A stretch of DNA of 64,000 bases, from the NCBI GenBank assembly GCA_964545585.1, contig CAZJFT010000001.1, positions 6,056 through 70,055 on the forward strand. The letters run 5' to 3'. Below the pieces are notes generated by a model. That model made no database searches and had not been told where the DNA came from. It saw only the letters and a program-made list of their open reading frames with translations. How positions within the stretch are numbered: position 1 is the first letter of the stretch; each line of letters starts with the position of its first letter. This stretch comes from an uncultured Methanosarcinales archaeon (GTDB lineage: Archaea; Nanobdellota; Nanobdellia; Woesearchaeales; UBA9642). This document shows, piece by piece, positions 19,646 through 29,229 of the stretch. Made by a program: the position numbers and the translations under genes.

Positions 19646-20155
19646 GTGTTTATGCAGATAAATAAGCTTGATCTTCTTAGGAAGGGATGGAGCACTAGGG
19701 AGATTGAACATGCTTCTTCAATTATTGAGGAGGCAGAGAACAAGAAACATATCGGTGCGAAATTCCTTGACAAGACCATATATTGGGCATTGTTGTTCCT
19801 CTTGATTGTCGGGAATGCTGTATGCTCAACATTCTTAATACCTTTCCTTTTCGCATTCCAAGGAACATTCATAATATTCATAGTGACGGTGTTCGGTTTC
19901 GCATTCGGAGTATTCTTCAGCATACTCATAGCAGACATAAGACGAACAGAGAAACAACCTTTGGGAGGATTGCTGTTCGCATTAATATTCAGCGGGATAA
20001 TCAATTTTGCATTGATAAGCAATGCATCTATAGAATTCAGCGCTAGAACAATGCTTCCACTAAGACATAATCCTTACTTGATCGCAGGCATATACTTGTT
20101 CGCATTCTTGACACCACACATAGTATTGATGATTGCACAATACCAAAAACAATAA
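19646..20155 (+). CDS. Hypothetical integral membrane protein (4 TM)
   Basis: 169 aa; four hydrophobic helices. Confidence 0.45.
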   Translation: MFMQINKLDLLRKGWSTREIEHASSIIEEAENKKHIGAKFLDKTIYWALLFLLIVGNAVCSTFLIPFLFAFQGTFIIFIVTVFGFAFGVFFSILIADIRRTEKQPLGGLLFALIFSGIINFALISNASIEFSARTMLPLRHNPYLIAGIYLFAFLTPHIVLMIAQYQKQ

Positions 20156-20179
20156 AAACTAGTTGTATGAGGCAAAAGC

Positions 20180-20659
20180 ATGAACGAATTGCTTGAATGG
20201 TCAGAGAATTATCTTAAGAATAGAGATTTGACACTTAGGAAGATAGTTTCATTGAAGGTTGATGAGAAGAATGATCTTATCGATGTGAAGTTCAAGGATA
20301 AGGCAGTCAAGCATCACATATATCCAATACTGGATGAAAAAGTGCTCAATGGAACAGGAAGCAGAGTCATTGTGTGCTTGAATTCTAAGGAAAATTTTGA
20401 TTTCTTGATAAAGAATTGGGGCAAGATATCCAAGATAAAGGATTTCAGCATGCTTTTTGTTAACCTTAAGCATAATGATAAATGGCTCATAAATCCTTAT
20501 GTTCACAGCATGATTGCTGACCCCGAAAGTCTCGAATCAGGCCTTAAGACGATGTTCGATGCTGCAAATGGAGACATAAAAGAGCCGAAAATGGAAAAGA
20601 AGAAGCCGAAGATATTCGATGATGATGTCGCTGATGAGGATGATTCTGAAGATAAGTAG
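20180..20659 (+). CDS. Hypothetical protein with acidic C-terminal tail
   Basis: 159 aa ORF. Confidence 0.4.
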   Translation: MNELLEWSENYLKNRDLTLRKIVSLKVDEKNDLIDVKFKDKAVKHHIYPILDEKVLNGTGSRVIVCLNSKENFDFLIKNWGKISKIKDFSMLFVNLKHNDKWLINPYVHSMIADPESLESGLKTMFDAANGDIKEPKMEKKKPKIFDDDVADEDDSEDK

Positions 20660-20715
20660 CAAAGTAATTACTTTTAGGTAAAAACATTTATAAATTGTTC
20701 TTTATTACCTAGAAT

Positions 20716-21267
20716 ATGACAATGGAATCAACGACGTTTTATATAATGAATGACAAAATAGCAGGATTAGATAACTACATAAAAGACAATTCATTAGAAA
20801 GACATCTAAAACTGATTGACAGACAAGATATAGGAATCAAGTCAAAACAAAAAATCAAATCACTCCACAATCTCATGACTAGAAAAGAATTCACCGGATT
20901 AGTGAATTTCCTCAGAGACAACAAGGCAGAGATGCTTAATACTACGATGTATTTAAACACGGACGGAAACGTCAGAGCAATGCAATTACTAGACGAATTT
21001 TACAGGAAAGAGGGTTCAAAAGACATGGTTATGGATTCGACGCAATTTGATAAGATATTCGTGCATACGGACCTTGATGTAGAGATAACTAGTTTCATAA
21101 AGAATTTTGAGGGAAATATAACGCTGATGGAAAAGCTTCCAGGATTTGATTCTACGACATTCTACAGGGTTAATATAACAGGAATACGGGTCCCGAAAGG
21201 ATATGAGCATGCATGGAACTTCATACAAGATGTAGGTATGGGCGCTTATTTTAAGAAACCAAATTAA
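20716..21267 (+). CDS. Hypothetical protein
   Basis: 183 aa ORF. Confidence 0.4.
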   Translation: MTMESTTFYIMNDKIAGLDNYIKDNSLERHLKLIDRQDIGIKSKQKIKSLHNLMTRKEFTGLVNFLRDNKAEMLNTTMYLNTDGNVRAMQLLDEFYRKEGSKDMVMDSTQFDKIFVHTDLDVEITSFIKNFEGNITLMEKLPGFDSTTFYRVNITGIRVPKGYEHAWNFIQDVGMGAYFKKPN

Positions 21268-21297
21268 TAAAGAAAAGATAAAAAAATCCTATAAACT

Positions 21298-21576
21298 CTA
21301 TTCGTCGCTTCCTTCTGGAGCATTCGGTATTGCTGACCTGTTTATAATCATTATGTCACCGATGCTCTTCACAAGATTATGCGGGATAATGACTCCTTTT
21401 GCTGAGCCTAAGACCTTGTTCAAGAATGAATTCTTTGTGGCTCTTACTCTCCAGCCAGAGATCTTCGTATTCTGTATAATCGCTTCTTCAACGTCTCCAA
21501 AGTAGTCTCCTGTATCAGTAAAAACTCTCATATCATAAGCTTCAGATATTTTTTTCATTTTTAACATATCAATCAC
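21298..21576 (-). CDS. PRC-barrel domain protein (paralog A)
   Basis: 92 aa; DYFGDVEEAIIQ...GVIIPHNLVKSIGDIMIINRS resembles PRC barrel. Confidence 0.5.
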   Translation of the reverse strand: MIDMLKMKKISEAYDMRVFTDTGDYFGDVEEAIIQNTKISGWRVRATKNSFLNKVLGSAKGVIIPHNLVKSIGDIMIINRSAIPNAPEGSDE

Positions 21577-21613
21577 CTTCTATAAATAGTATAATAAACA
21601 ATAGGCCGCTAAT

Positions 21614-22246
21614 TTAAATAAGTTTCGATTTTCGAGTGGTGGAAACCAACTCTGGCTTGAACACGAACGCATCCTTATCATCGAAATAACCGCATCTGAA
21701 ATTCTCTAGAGGAACGCCTGTTCTTTTGCTTAACATCAATGCATAGAAATTAGTCTGTGTAGACGCATATTTCTCTTTCACCGCATTAGGCTTGTAATCC
21801 CAAATCCAGACCTTCCCATCCTCAATACGCAGCGCATCAATATGCCCTGTCAATGGATCGGAAGTCTCAAAGACATGAGTATATGAAGGGAATTCCTTGT
21901 CAAGAAGCCATATGGGGACTTCGATGCTTATAGTCTTATTATCATTCTGGAGCATGAACATCTGTACGTTGCTATGCGCAGTCTTGAACCTGTTGCTTTC
22001 TAAGCCTAATGCTGCAAGCCCAGAAACCTCATGACCTTTGATTTTCTTTATGTCCAAGTCGAGGTTCATGCGCAACCCTGATCCTCTAGGGCCTTTCTGG
22101 AAGTATTCATCAGGACAATTCTCACGTACATCAATCAAGTATCTCCTTAAAGAATCAAACTTATGGTTGCATAACTCTTCAGTCTTAGGAATATGAACCC
22201 TGTAATGATAGAACCATCCATGCTTAAAAGACTTATGAATTATCAT
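21614..22246 (-). CDS. PD-(D/E)xK (RecB/Cas4-like fold) nuclease-family protein
   Basis: 210 aa; GHIDALRIEDGKVWIWDYKPN (D...ExK) followed by QTNFYALML (QxxxY). Confidence 0.45.
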   Translation of the reverse strand: MIIHKSFKHGWFYHYRVHIPKTEELCNHKFDSLRRYLIDVRENCPDEYFQKGPRGSGLRMNLDLDIKKIKGHEVSGLAALGLESNRFKTAHSNVQMFMLQNDNKTISIEVPIWLLDKEFPSYTHVFETSDPLTGHIDALRIEDGKVWIWDYKPNAVKEKYASTQTNFYALMLSKRTGVPLENFRCGYFDDKDAFVFKPELVSTTRKSKLI

Positions 22247-22343
22247 AAAAGGAAAAATCTGGAAATAGAATATAAATTTATTGATTTAACTACCTTTTAT
22301 GAATAATCATAAAAAGAATAAATTAAGAAAGAAAATATAAAGT

Positions 22344-22568
22344 TTATCTTCTCTTCTTCCTTGCCAGGATCTGTCTCTCCTGAGCCTCAATCTTTTTCTC
22401 TTCTGCAAGCACTTGAAGCTCTTGTTTTGCGATGACGCCAGTCATCTTCTCTATATTCTCATCCATCCTTGCGATTCTTCTCTCCAATAGAACAAGAACT
22501 CTCAAGCTGTACACTATTGCAGCCAATGTACCTATAATAACCGCCAGTATTACCGTATCTAAAGCCAT
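22344..22568 (-). CDS. Small membrane-anchored coiled-coil protein
   Basis: 74 aa; N-terminal TM helix then heptad repeats. Confidence 0.4.
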   Translation of the reverse strand: MALDTVILAVIIGTLAAIVYSLRVLVLLERRIARMDENIEKMTGVIAKQELQVLAEEKKIEAQERQILARKKRR

Positions 22569-22665
22569 TTTAGCACCTCTTTTAATAAAACGTCTTAATT
22601 TATTAACTAGCGTACAGGGTATTTAAATATTTTGCTATTTTCCAGCACTGTACATCAACCCAAAA

Positions 22666-23055
22666 CTATTTTCCAATAAGTGTATTGAAATCCAAACCCT
22701 TCCTTTTTGCGATGATTACATCCACGAAATAGCTCTTGTTCTTCAATTCAAGATCCTCTATATTCAAGAAAAACCAATCTATCCTGTCAAAACGAACGGC
22801 GACCCATGCTTCTGCACCAAATTTGTTAGCGAAATACACCAATTCATCAATCTCTTTCTTGGTGAAATACTTTTTTGTGTCATTGACTGCCTTGCACTCG
22901 ATAGCAAGCCTTCGCAGATTGTTCCCTGCAAGGATGTCGGGACTTGGGTTCTGCATGCTCCCGGAGCCCGCACTTCTTATAGCTACCCATCCACTATCGA
23001 AGAATTGATGTATCAAGTCTCTCTCAGCGTTCGAACCTTTTGCTTTCTTGTTCAT
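22666..23055 (-). CDS. hjc: Holliday junction resolvase Hjc
   Basis: 129 aa; KGSNAERDL, PDILAG, ECK catalytic core of archaeal Hjc. Confidence 0.8.
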   Translation of the reverse strand: MNKKAKGSNAERDLIHQFFDSGWVAIRSAGSGSMQNPSPDILAGNNLRRLAIECKAVNDTKKYFTKKEIDELVYFANKFGAEAWVAVRFDRIDWFFLNIEDLELKNKSYFVDVIIAKRKGLDFNTLIGK

Positions 23056-23921
23056 TTTATTAGATAAGATATGTATGCCTTAAATGTTTTATCCTTCTCA
23101 TAATCATAATCTTTAAGCCTTACCCAGACGAGATAATGGTCGGAATATTCTGTTGTTTCTATTCCATAAGCGACATAATCTTTTTTTGCATCTTGATTGA
23201 GTATTATCCTGTCATATGCACAATCACTGTTTCCTACTGTTGTATCATCAGAATTCGTAATCACCCAATACCATCCGTTGAATTTGCCGAACGCAGTCTC
23301 ATAATCCTCATCATAATAATTGCAGTCTGCATTCAAGTCGCCCAAAACCACGATATTGCCAGGGTTTCTTTCATTTTTAATCAAATCTTCCAGGGCATAT
23401 ATCTCTTGAGTCGCATCATCTGGCTTCGTATGGATATTATACGCCACAATAGAATAATTCCTAGACAGTATCGTTACACGTATTGGAGGCCGCTCCCACC
23501 TGTCTAAAGCATCAGGAGAATAGTCATATAATGAAATATTGAACTTTTGCAAATATATCACTCCGTACTGCTCCTTAGATGAACTCCTGCCGGCCCTTGA
23601 TGATATTATACAGCGATATTCTGGGAGACGCGCACATAATTCTGTAAATGCACTCCCGTCCTTATCACGTATCTCCTGCAGGAACACAATATCATAATCG
23701 CTTATCTTTTCTGCATAATAATCAACGATCACTGTATCGTTCGCTTTCTTATCGCCGAATATCTGAAGGTTCCAATTAGCGACTGTAAAAGTCTCATTGA
23801 TCAAATATTCATCTTGAGATTTGATGAATGAATAATATGAATAAACAAAAACTGCGACAAGAACAATTATTATGATACACGCAATAAACATTATTATTGC
23901 ATTTTTCCTCTTCATAATCAT
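23052..23921 (-). CDS. Membrane-anchored DNase I-like (endonuclease/exonuclease/phosphatase family) nuclease
   Basis: 289 aa; N-terminal TM; VANWNLQIFG, FLQEI, GDLNADCNY; 4-nt overlap with hjc start region. Confidence 0.65.
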   Translation of the reverse strand: MIMKRKNAIIMFIACIIIIVLVAVFVYSYYSFIKSQDEYLINETFTVANWNLQIFGDKKANDTVIVDYYAEKISDYDIVFLQEIRDKDGSAFTELCARLPEYRCIISSRAGRSSSKEQYGVIYLQKFNISLYDYSPDALDRWERPPIRVTILSRNYSIVAYNIHTKPDDATQEIYALEDLIKNERNPGNIVVLGDLNADCNYYDEDYETAFGKFNGWYWVITNSDDTTVGNSDCAYDRIILNQDAKKDYVAYGIETTEYSDHYLVWVRLKDYDYEKDKTFKAYISYLIK

Positions 23922-24009
23922 ATGTAGTATTGTGCTATTTAAAATATTTTACAAAAAATAGCCGGAAGAAAAACGAAAATCGAATAATTATATAAAAAAT
24001 AGAAAAATA

Positions 24010-24306
24010 TTATATTATGTCCTCTTCTGCAAGGACGACGAAGTCTCCTACAGCCATCACTGCTGAGAATGGCACAAGTATCGAGCCATCTTTTGTCTTC
24101 TCAAGCTCTAGCTTCTCTATGTATGACGTAGGGTTCACTAACACTACATGTATAAGTTCACCTGACTTTGTCTCAAATATAATATCTCCAACCTCACCGA
24201 ATCTCTTTCCTGATTTCGAGATAACCGTCTTTCCTATCAATTGTCTTGAAAATTTCTTCTCTTCCATACTTTTTGGATCAGCTTTCATTTCTGGCATTAC
24301 AATCAC
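24010..24306 (-). CDS. PRC-barrel domain protein (paralog B)
   Basis: 98 aa; LIGKTVISKSGKRFGEVGDIIFETKSGELIHVVL...ILVPFSAVMAVGDFVVL. Confidence 0.6.
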   Translation of the reverse strand: MIVMPEMKADPKSMEEKKFSRQLIGKTVISKSGKRFGEVGDIIFETKSGELIHVVLVNPTSYIEKLELEKTKDGSILVPFSAVMAVGDFVVLAEEDII

Positions 24307-24419
24307 CCTTAAACGCGATGTACTTTAAAGTACTTGTTTTGATGATAAAAATAAATGGCCGCTATATATAAAGTTTTCTATTCTAGAATAGTGTAATTTA
24401 AGCAGGAGCAAGCATAAAT

Positions 24420-25280
24420 TTATGTTTTTTTACCATCAATCAGGCGCTTCATTTCTGCCTCATCATAGCATATTTCCTTGAAAGAGCATTTTACGCATTT
24501 GTTCTTGTTATCAGTAAAATCTGGGGGCATCTTAGAATCTAGGACGCTCTGCGCCCCAGAAACCACGCCGAGAACTTCCTCTTTGAGCATCGTATTCATC
24601 ATAAGAATCCGTTTCTCATCAGAACCTCTATAACGCAAGACTCCTTCTGAGACGTTCTTTCCCTGGTCTTCAAGCATTAGAAGATACGCGCCAAGCTGTA
24701 TCCTATGGGTATCCCACATGCCTTTCTGCGGAAATTTGCCAGTCTTCAATTCTACAGGAATATACAATTTTTCAGATTCTTCCGCAGGAATATCATGCAC
24801 TTCCAACACATCTATTATTCCTGAAATATTCAATTTTTCAGACTTAAAATACTGCTCAGAGATTATTTTAGGAGTGAGTCTCTCCCATAATTCCTCGCCG
24901 AAAATCTTATGTTCCTTTACAAATTCCGAAACATTCAATGCCCTTACCTTTGCCTCTTCCTCAAAATCAGACCAGTACTCATTGAATAGGTCGAGCATCT
25001 TGATGTCGAATTGCTTCAGTTCAGACTTGTTCATTATTATCGCATTGCGCAAAAATTTAGAGAATCCTCTCCTATAAATATCGAAAATATCCTCATACCT
25101 GTCAGAATTTATTGACTTGACAAGATCCTTCTCATTCTTGTTGATGAATTCATGAGTTATGTGCCAGACTTTTCCCTTAACTAAAGCCTCCTTCGGCGGC
25201 TCCTTCACCTCTAGAACGGAGCTTATGAAAAGCTTCCTAGGACAATAAATATATGCAGAAAGCTGAGTTGCATTGACCAT
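24420..25280 (-). CDS. Cas4-like (DUF83) PD-(D/E)xK exonuclease, standalone
   Basis: 286 aa; N-terminal YIYCPRK; VELKTGKFPQKGMWDTHRIQLGAYLLML; C-terminal CVKCSFKEIC cysteine cluster; no cas genes or CRISPR nearby. Confidence 0.65.
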   Translation of the reverse strand: MVNATQLSAYIYCPRKLFISSVLEVKEPPKEALVKGKVWHITHEFINKNEKDLVKSINSDRYEDIFDIYRRGFSKFLRNAIIMNKSELKQFDIKMLDLFNEYWSDFEEEAKVRALNVSEFVKEHKIFGEELWERLTPKIISEQYFKSEKLNISGIIDVLEVHDIPAEESEKLYIPVELKTGKFPQKGMWDTHRIQLGAYLLMLEDQGKNVSEGVLRYRGSDEKRILMMNTMLKEEVLGVVSGAQSVLDSKMPPDFTDNKNKCVKCSFKEICYDEAEMKRLIDGKKT

Positions 25281-25325
25281 TATAAAGAGATGATCACATT
25301 ATTTAAATAATTTTGGGGAGAATGA

Positions 25326-25853
25326 CTAGTGAAATAATTTTACAGAACCAAACTCTAGAAAATTAGGGGTCTCATTAATATATAGCATATCAAAAGACTT
25401 CTTCATCATCATGAATCCTCTTCCGTTTCCAGTAAATTTAAGAGGATTATTTTCCGTCAGAGCCGCAGATATTGCCTCGTAATTAACTGGGGCAGATTTT
25501 GTGATAAGGTATGTATGCATGAAAGAAGGCGAGATGTTGATGCCGAGCAAAAAAATGTCATTTTTATCAACCTCTTTCTTAAAATTATAAACATGCTTCA
25601 CACCATTCTCCACAAGCTCATTCGTACCCATCACAATTAATTGAGAAACCCTATCATCAATAGAGTGATAAGACAATATCTTTGTCATTATAGAATCGAC
25701 GAACTCCGAATCTGCATTCTGCGGTGTTCTAAAGAACTTGTATGAGGAGAATTTAGGGATTAATACGTGATTCTCCGCATGATATTTGCTGAAATGGTCA
25801 TTATTCCATATTATTTTCGCAGCATATCTGCTTGCATCCGGCACGACATCCAT
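25326..25853 (-). CDS. Hypothetical protein
   Basis: 175 aa; weak GHKL-like impressions (NGVKHV, GNGRGF), not reliable. Confidence 0.35.
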   Translation of the reverse strand: MDVVPDASRYAAKIIWNNDHFSKYHAENHVLIPKFSSYKFFRTPQNADSEFVDSIMTKILSYHSIDDRVSQLIVMGTNELVENGVKHVYNFKKEVDKNDIFLLGINISPSFMHTYLITKSAPVNYEAISAALTENNPLKFTGNGRGFMMMKKSFDMLYINETPNFLEFGSVKLFH

Positions 25854-25936
25854 ACCAATATTATAATTCCCAAGTATTTAAACCTTGCCATGCACGCACG
25901 AATTTATGAAAACATATATAAATCACAGGGTCATAA

Positions 25937-27898
25937 ATGGTGTTGAGGTGGGCAATGAGTACGATGGAAACGAGTCTAGTTGAAAAGTCAACATTTCTCT
26001 GGACTTATCCGAAAAAAGAAGTCATAAAGAAGGTTTCTGGAGATAAGATATCCTTTCGATGCAAATTAGCTGAGGACTTGGAGCATGACCGTTTGATAGT
26101 CGAAGTATGGACTGATCTGACAGGAAGATATCATGGACACGAGATGCATCTTAAAGATGACATATATCACTGCGATATGAATTGCCACAATACAGGATTC
26201 TTCAAAGCCACATTCAGGTGGAGACATAATGAGCATGAATACTGGCATTGGATGCATGGCCCTGATGAGAAAAATTTCTCAGAGATACATGTAGACCCGG
26301 CATATATAGATGAAAGCATAGTATATAATGCATTCATAAGATTCTTCGGACAGAAAGAGATAGGCAAGAGCGGAAAGCCGAAATTCGGACATTCAGGAAC
26401 ATTCGACGACCTGAAATATCGTCTGGACAACCTGAAGAATATGGGTGTAAAGATACTCTACCTAAACCCGATACATCCCATAGGAGAACTATACAGGAAC
26501 TATAATCCTCACGACCAATTCCCTTCATACATGCAACCAGGATGTCCATACAGCATAAGGGATTACAAGGCGATAGATCCAGAATCGGCAATAGATAGAG
26601 ACCACTCACAAGGACCGCACGCATCATTGTCAGACCCTATGAAAGAATTCAGGGAGTTAGTCAAGGAAGCACACAAAAGGGGAATAAAAGTATATATGGA
26701 TTTAGTATTCAATCACACAAGCCATGATTTCGTATTGCAAAGGCTACATCCAGAATGGTTCCTATACAAGGAAGACATAAAAAGCATCGAAGCACCATAT
26801 CTTTATCCTGAAGATGCGAAGAAAGGCAAGCCATGGGGCGATGCTAGATTCACGATGTGCCCATTCGACCATGGATACTGGTGGGAAGATGCTGCACAGT
26901 TGAACTGGAACTATAGAATTCCTGATGGAGAGAATGTCGCGCCTAAGAACCCGACGATAAGAGAGATGTACACATATTTCAAGTCCATCCCTAAATATTG
27001 GATAAAGATGATGGGAATAGATGGATTCAGATGTGACGTAGCATATCGCGTGCCTCCAGATTTCTGGAAGGAATGCATACATGAAGCGAGAGAATTCGCA
27101 AAAAGAGAGCATCCGAAGAATGGCTCAATAACCGGAGACGTCGTCTTCATAGCAGAATCATATGTCGATGACATACCGGAGCTGCTAGAGTCAGGATTCA
27201 CTGCCGTATACGGAGATTTCTCTAACAAGCTATACAATGTAGAGACTCTTAAAGGATATCTCGACTATATCTATAACATCTCAGGCAAATATTTCCCGGA
27301 GAATTCAAGATTCTTCATATTTCCAGAATGCCATGATTTCATAAGGAATACAAAAAAATTATTGGGTCAATTGAGCGAGAACCAGATATTGTCTGAAAGG
27401 GCGAACAAGAGCAGATGGGCAATAACGGCGACAGTCCCTGGAATACCGATGATATTCAATGGTTTTGAGAAACTGGAATGGCAGCCAGTAAACCTTTTCT
27501 CATACAGCAGCATTGACTGGGAATCAGACAAGGACTTGAAAAAATACATAGTCAAGATAAACAGCATAAGGAACCGTCATAAGGCATTGCAGAAAGGCAG
27601 ATATATTTATTTAAAGACGAGCCAGGGAATAAACAGTGCTGCACAACTATTCACTTTCTTAAGAATATATGAAGAGCAAGGAAAAAAGAAAGAGATAATC
27701 CTCGTATGCGTGAACATGGACATCCATAGCAAAGCAGATCTTGTGCAAGTATATCTTGATGATGGTTCAGGTATCGATTTCTCAAAGAAATATGTCCTCA
27801 AAGATTTATTGACCAACAAGAGATATGTCCGTGAAGGGAAAGAGGTCTCTATAATCCTCGAACCTGGAGAAAGCCACATATTCCAGGTGATGCAATGA
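25937..27898 (+). CDS. GH13 alpha-amylase-family glycoside hydrolase
   Basis: 653 aa; GH13 regions I-IV: DLVFNHTSHD, GIDGFRCDVAYRVP, FIAESYVDD, FPECHDF. Confidence 0.75.
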   Translation: MVLRWAMSTMETSLVEKSTFLWTYPKKEVIKKVSGDKISFRCKLAEDLEHDRLIVEVWTDLTGRYHGHEMHLKDDIYHCDMNCHNTGFFKATFRWRHNEHEYWHWMHGPDEKNFSEIHVDPAYIDESIVYNAFIRFFGQKEIGKSGKPKFGHSGTFDDLKYRLDNLKNMGVKILYLNPIHPIGELYRNYNPHDQFPSYMQPGCPYSIRDYKAIDPESAIDRDHSQGPHASLSDPMKEFRELVKEAHKRGIKVYMDLVFNHTSHDFVLQRLHPEWFLYKEDIKSIEAPYLYPEDAKKGKPWGDARFTMCPFDHGYWWEDAAQLNWNYRIPDGENVAPKNPTIREMYTYFKSIPKYWIKMMGIDGFRCDVAYRVPPDFWKECIHEAREFAKREHPKNGSITGDVVFIAESYVDDIPELLESGFTAVYGDFSNKLYNVETLKGYLDYIYNISGKYFPENSRFFIFPECHDFIRNTKKLLGQLSENQILSERANKSRWAITATVPGIPMIFNGFEKLEWQPVNLFSYSSIDWESDKDLKKYIVKINSIRNRHKALQKGRYIYLKTSQGINSAAQLFTFLRIYEEQGKKKEIILVCVNMDIHSKADLVQVYLDDGSGIDFSKKYVLKDLLTNKRYVREGKEVSIILEPGESHIFQVMQ

Positions 27899-29205
27899 GG
27901 GACCGGAAGAAAAAAGACCAAAAAAATAAAGCATGGATAGTCTCTGTCGACATGGGTTATGGCCATCAGAGAGCAGCATATCCGTTGAGGGATATCGCAT
28001 TTGAGAGAGTAATCACCGCAAACAGTGATAAGATGGTCTCTTTAAAGGACCATAGATTATGGGAGCAGTCAAGAGAATTCTATGAATTCGTATCTAGGTT
28101 GAAGAATATTCCTTTTATAGGAAAGATGACATTCGGCATATATGACAGGTTCCAGAAGATAAGCCCGTTCTTTCCCTTTAAGGACTTGAGCAAGCCAAAC
28201 TTCAGCGTCTTGAGATTGAAAGCGTTAATAAAGAGGGGATTATGCAAAAGCATAGTGGAGTATACCTCCAAAGAGGACATGCCGATAATTTGTACATTCT
28301 TCATCCCTGCAATGGCATTCAACTATGCAAAAAAGAAAACATACTGCATAATAACTGATACTGACATAAATAGGATATGGGTGTCAGATAATCCGAAGGA
28401 ATCGACGATAACATATTTCAGTCCGTGCAGACACGTCACACAAAGGCTTCTGCAGTACGGAATAACGCCTGAGAAGATAGTCGAGACAGGATTCCCTTTG
28501 CCAAAAGAGAATATCGGAAAAAACAAAGAGATAGCAAGAAAGGACTTGCTTTCAAGACTTGTTAATCTCGATCCTAACAAGATATTCTTCCAGAAATATG
28601 CGCCGTTGGTGAGAGAACATCTGGATAAGAATTTCGACATTAAAAAGATAAAAAAATACGGAACGCATCCACTGACATTGATGTTCACTATAGGCGGGGC
28701 GGGTGCACAATCAGACATAGCTGACAAGATATTCGATTCATTGAAGAGCAAGATGAAAAATAAGGAGATTAAACTGATAATATCTGTCGGGACAAAGCTT
28801 GACCTGAAGATGCATTTCGAGAAGAGAGCAAAGCATCTAGGTCTAGACGGGATGTTTGAGATAGTTTTTGCCATGGATAAGAGGACATATTTCGAGAACT
28901 TCAATAAAGCGTTGAGAACGACTGATATATTATGGACTAAACCTAGTGAGATGTCATTCTATACTGCATTAGGCCTTCCGATAATCATAGCTCCACCGAT
29001 AGGCGCACACGAGATAAGCAACAAGGAATGGCTAGAGCATATAGGGTCAGGATTCATACAAAAAGAACCAGAATACGTGAATGAATGGTTATTCTATTGG
29101 TTGGAAGACGGAAGGCTTGCCGACGCTGCAATGCAAGGATTCATAGATGCACCTGTAATGGGGACATATAATATCGAAGAGTATATATTCAAGGAAAAGA
29201 TTTAA
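27895..29205 (+). CDS. GT-B glycosyltransferase (MGDG-synthase/MurG-like GT28 fold)
   Basis: 436 aa; N-terminal VDMGYGHQRAAYPL resembles GxGHxxAA of GT28; C-terminal TIGGAGAQSDIADKIF Rossmann-like; ATGA overlap with GH13 gene. Confidence 0.45.
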   Translation: MRDRKKKDQKNKAWIVSVDMGYGHQRAAYPLRDIAFERVITANSDKMVSLKDHRLWEQSREFYEFVSRLKNIPFIGKMTFGIYDRFQKISPFFPFKDLSKPNFSVLRLKALIKRGLCKSIVEYTSKEDMPIICTFFIPAMAFNYAKKKTYCIITDTDINRIWVSDNPKESTITYFSPCRHVTQRLLQYGITPEKIVETGFPLPKENIGKNKEIARKDLLSRLVNLDPNKIFFQKYAPLVREHLDKNFDIKKIKKYGTHPLTLMFTIGGAGAQSDIADKIFDSLKSKMKNKEIKLIISVGTKLDLKMHFEKRAKHLGLDGMFEIVFAMDKRTYFENFNKALRTTDILWTKPSEMSFYTALGLPIIIAPPIGAHEISNKEWLEHIGSGFIQKEPEYVNEWLFYWLEDGRLADAAMQGFIDAPVMGTYNIEEYIFKEKI

Positions 29206-29229
29206 ATATAAAACAATAAGAAGAAGAAT

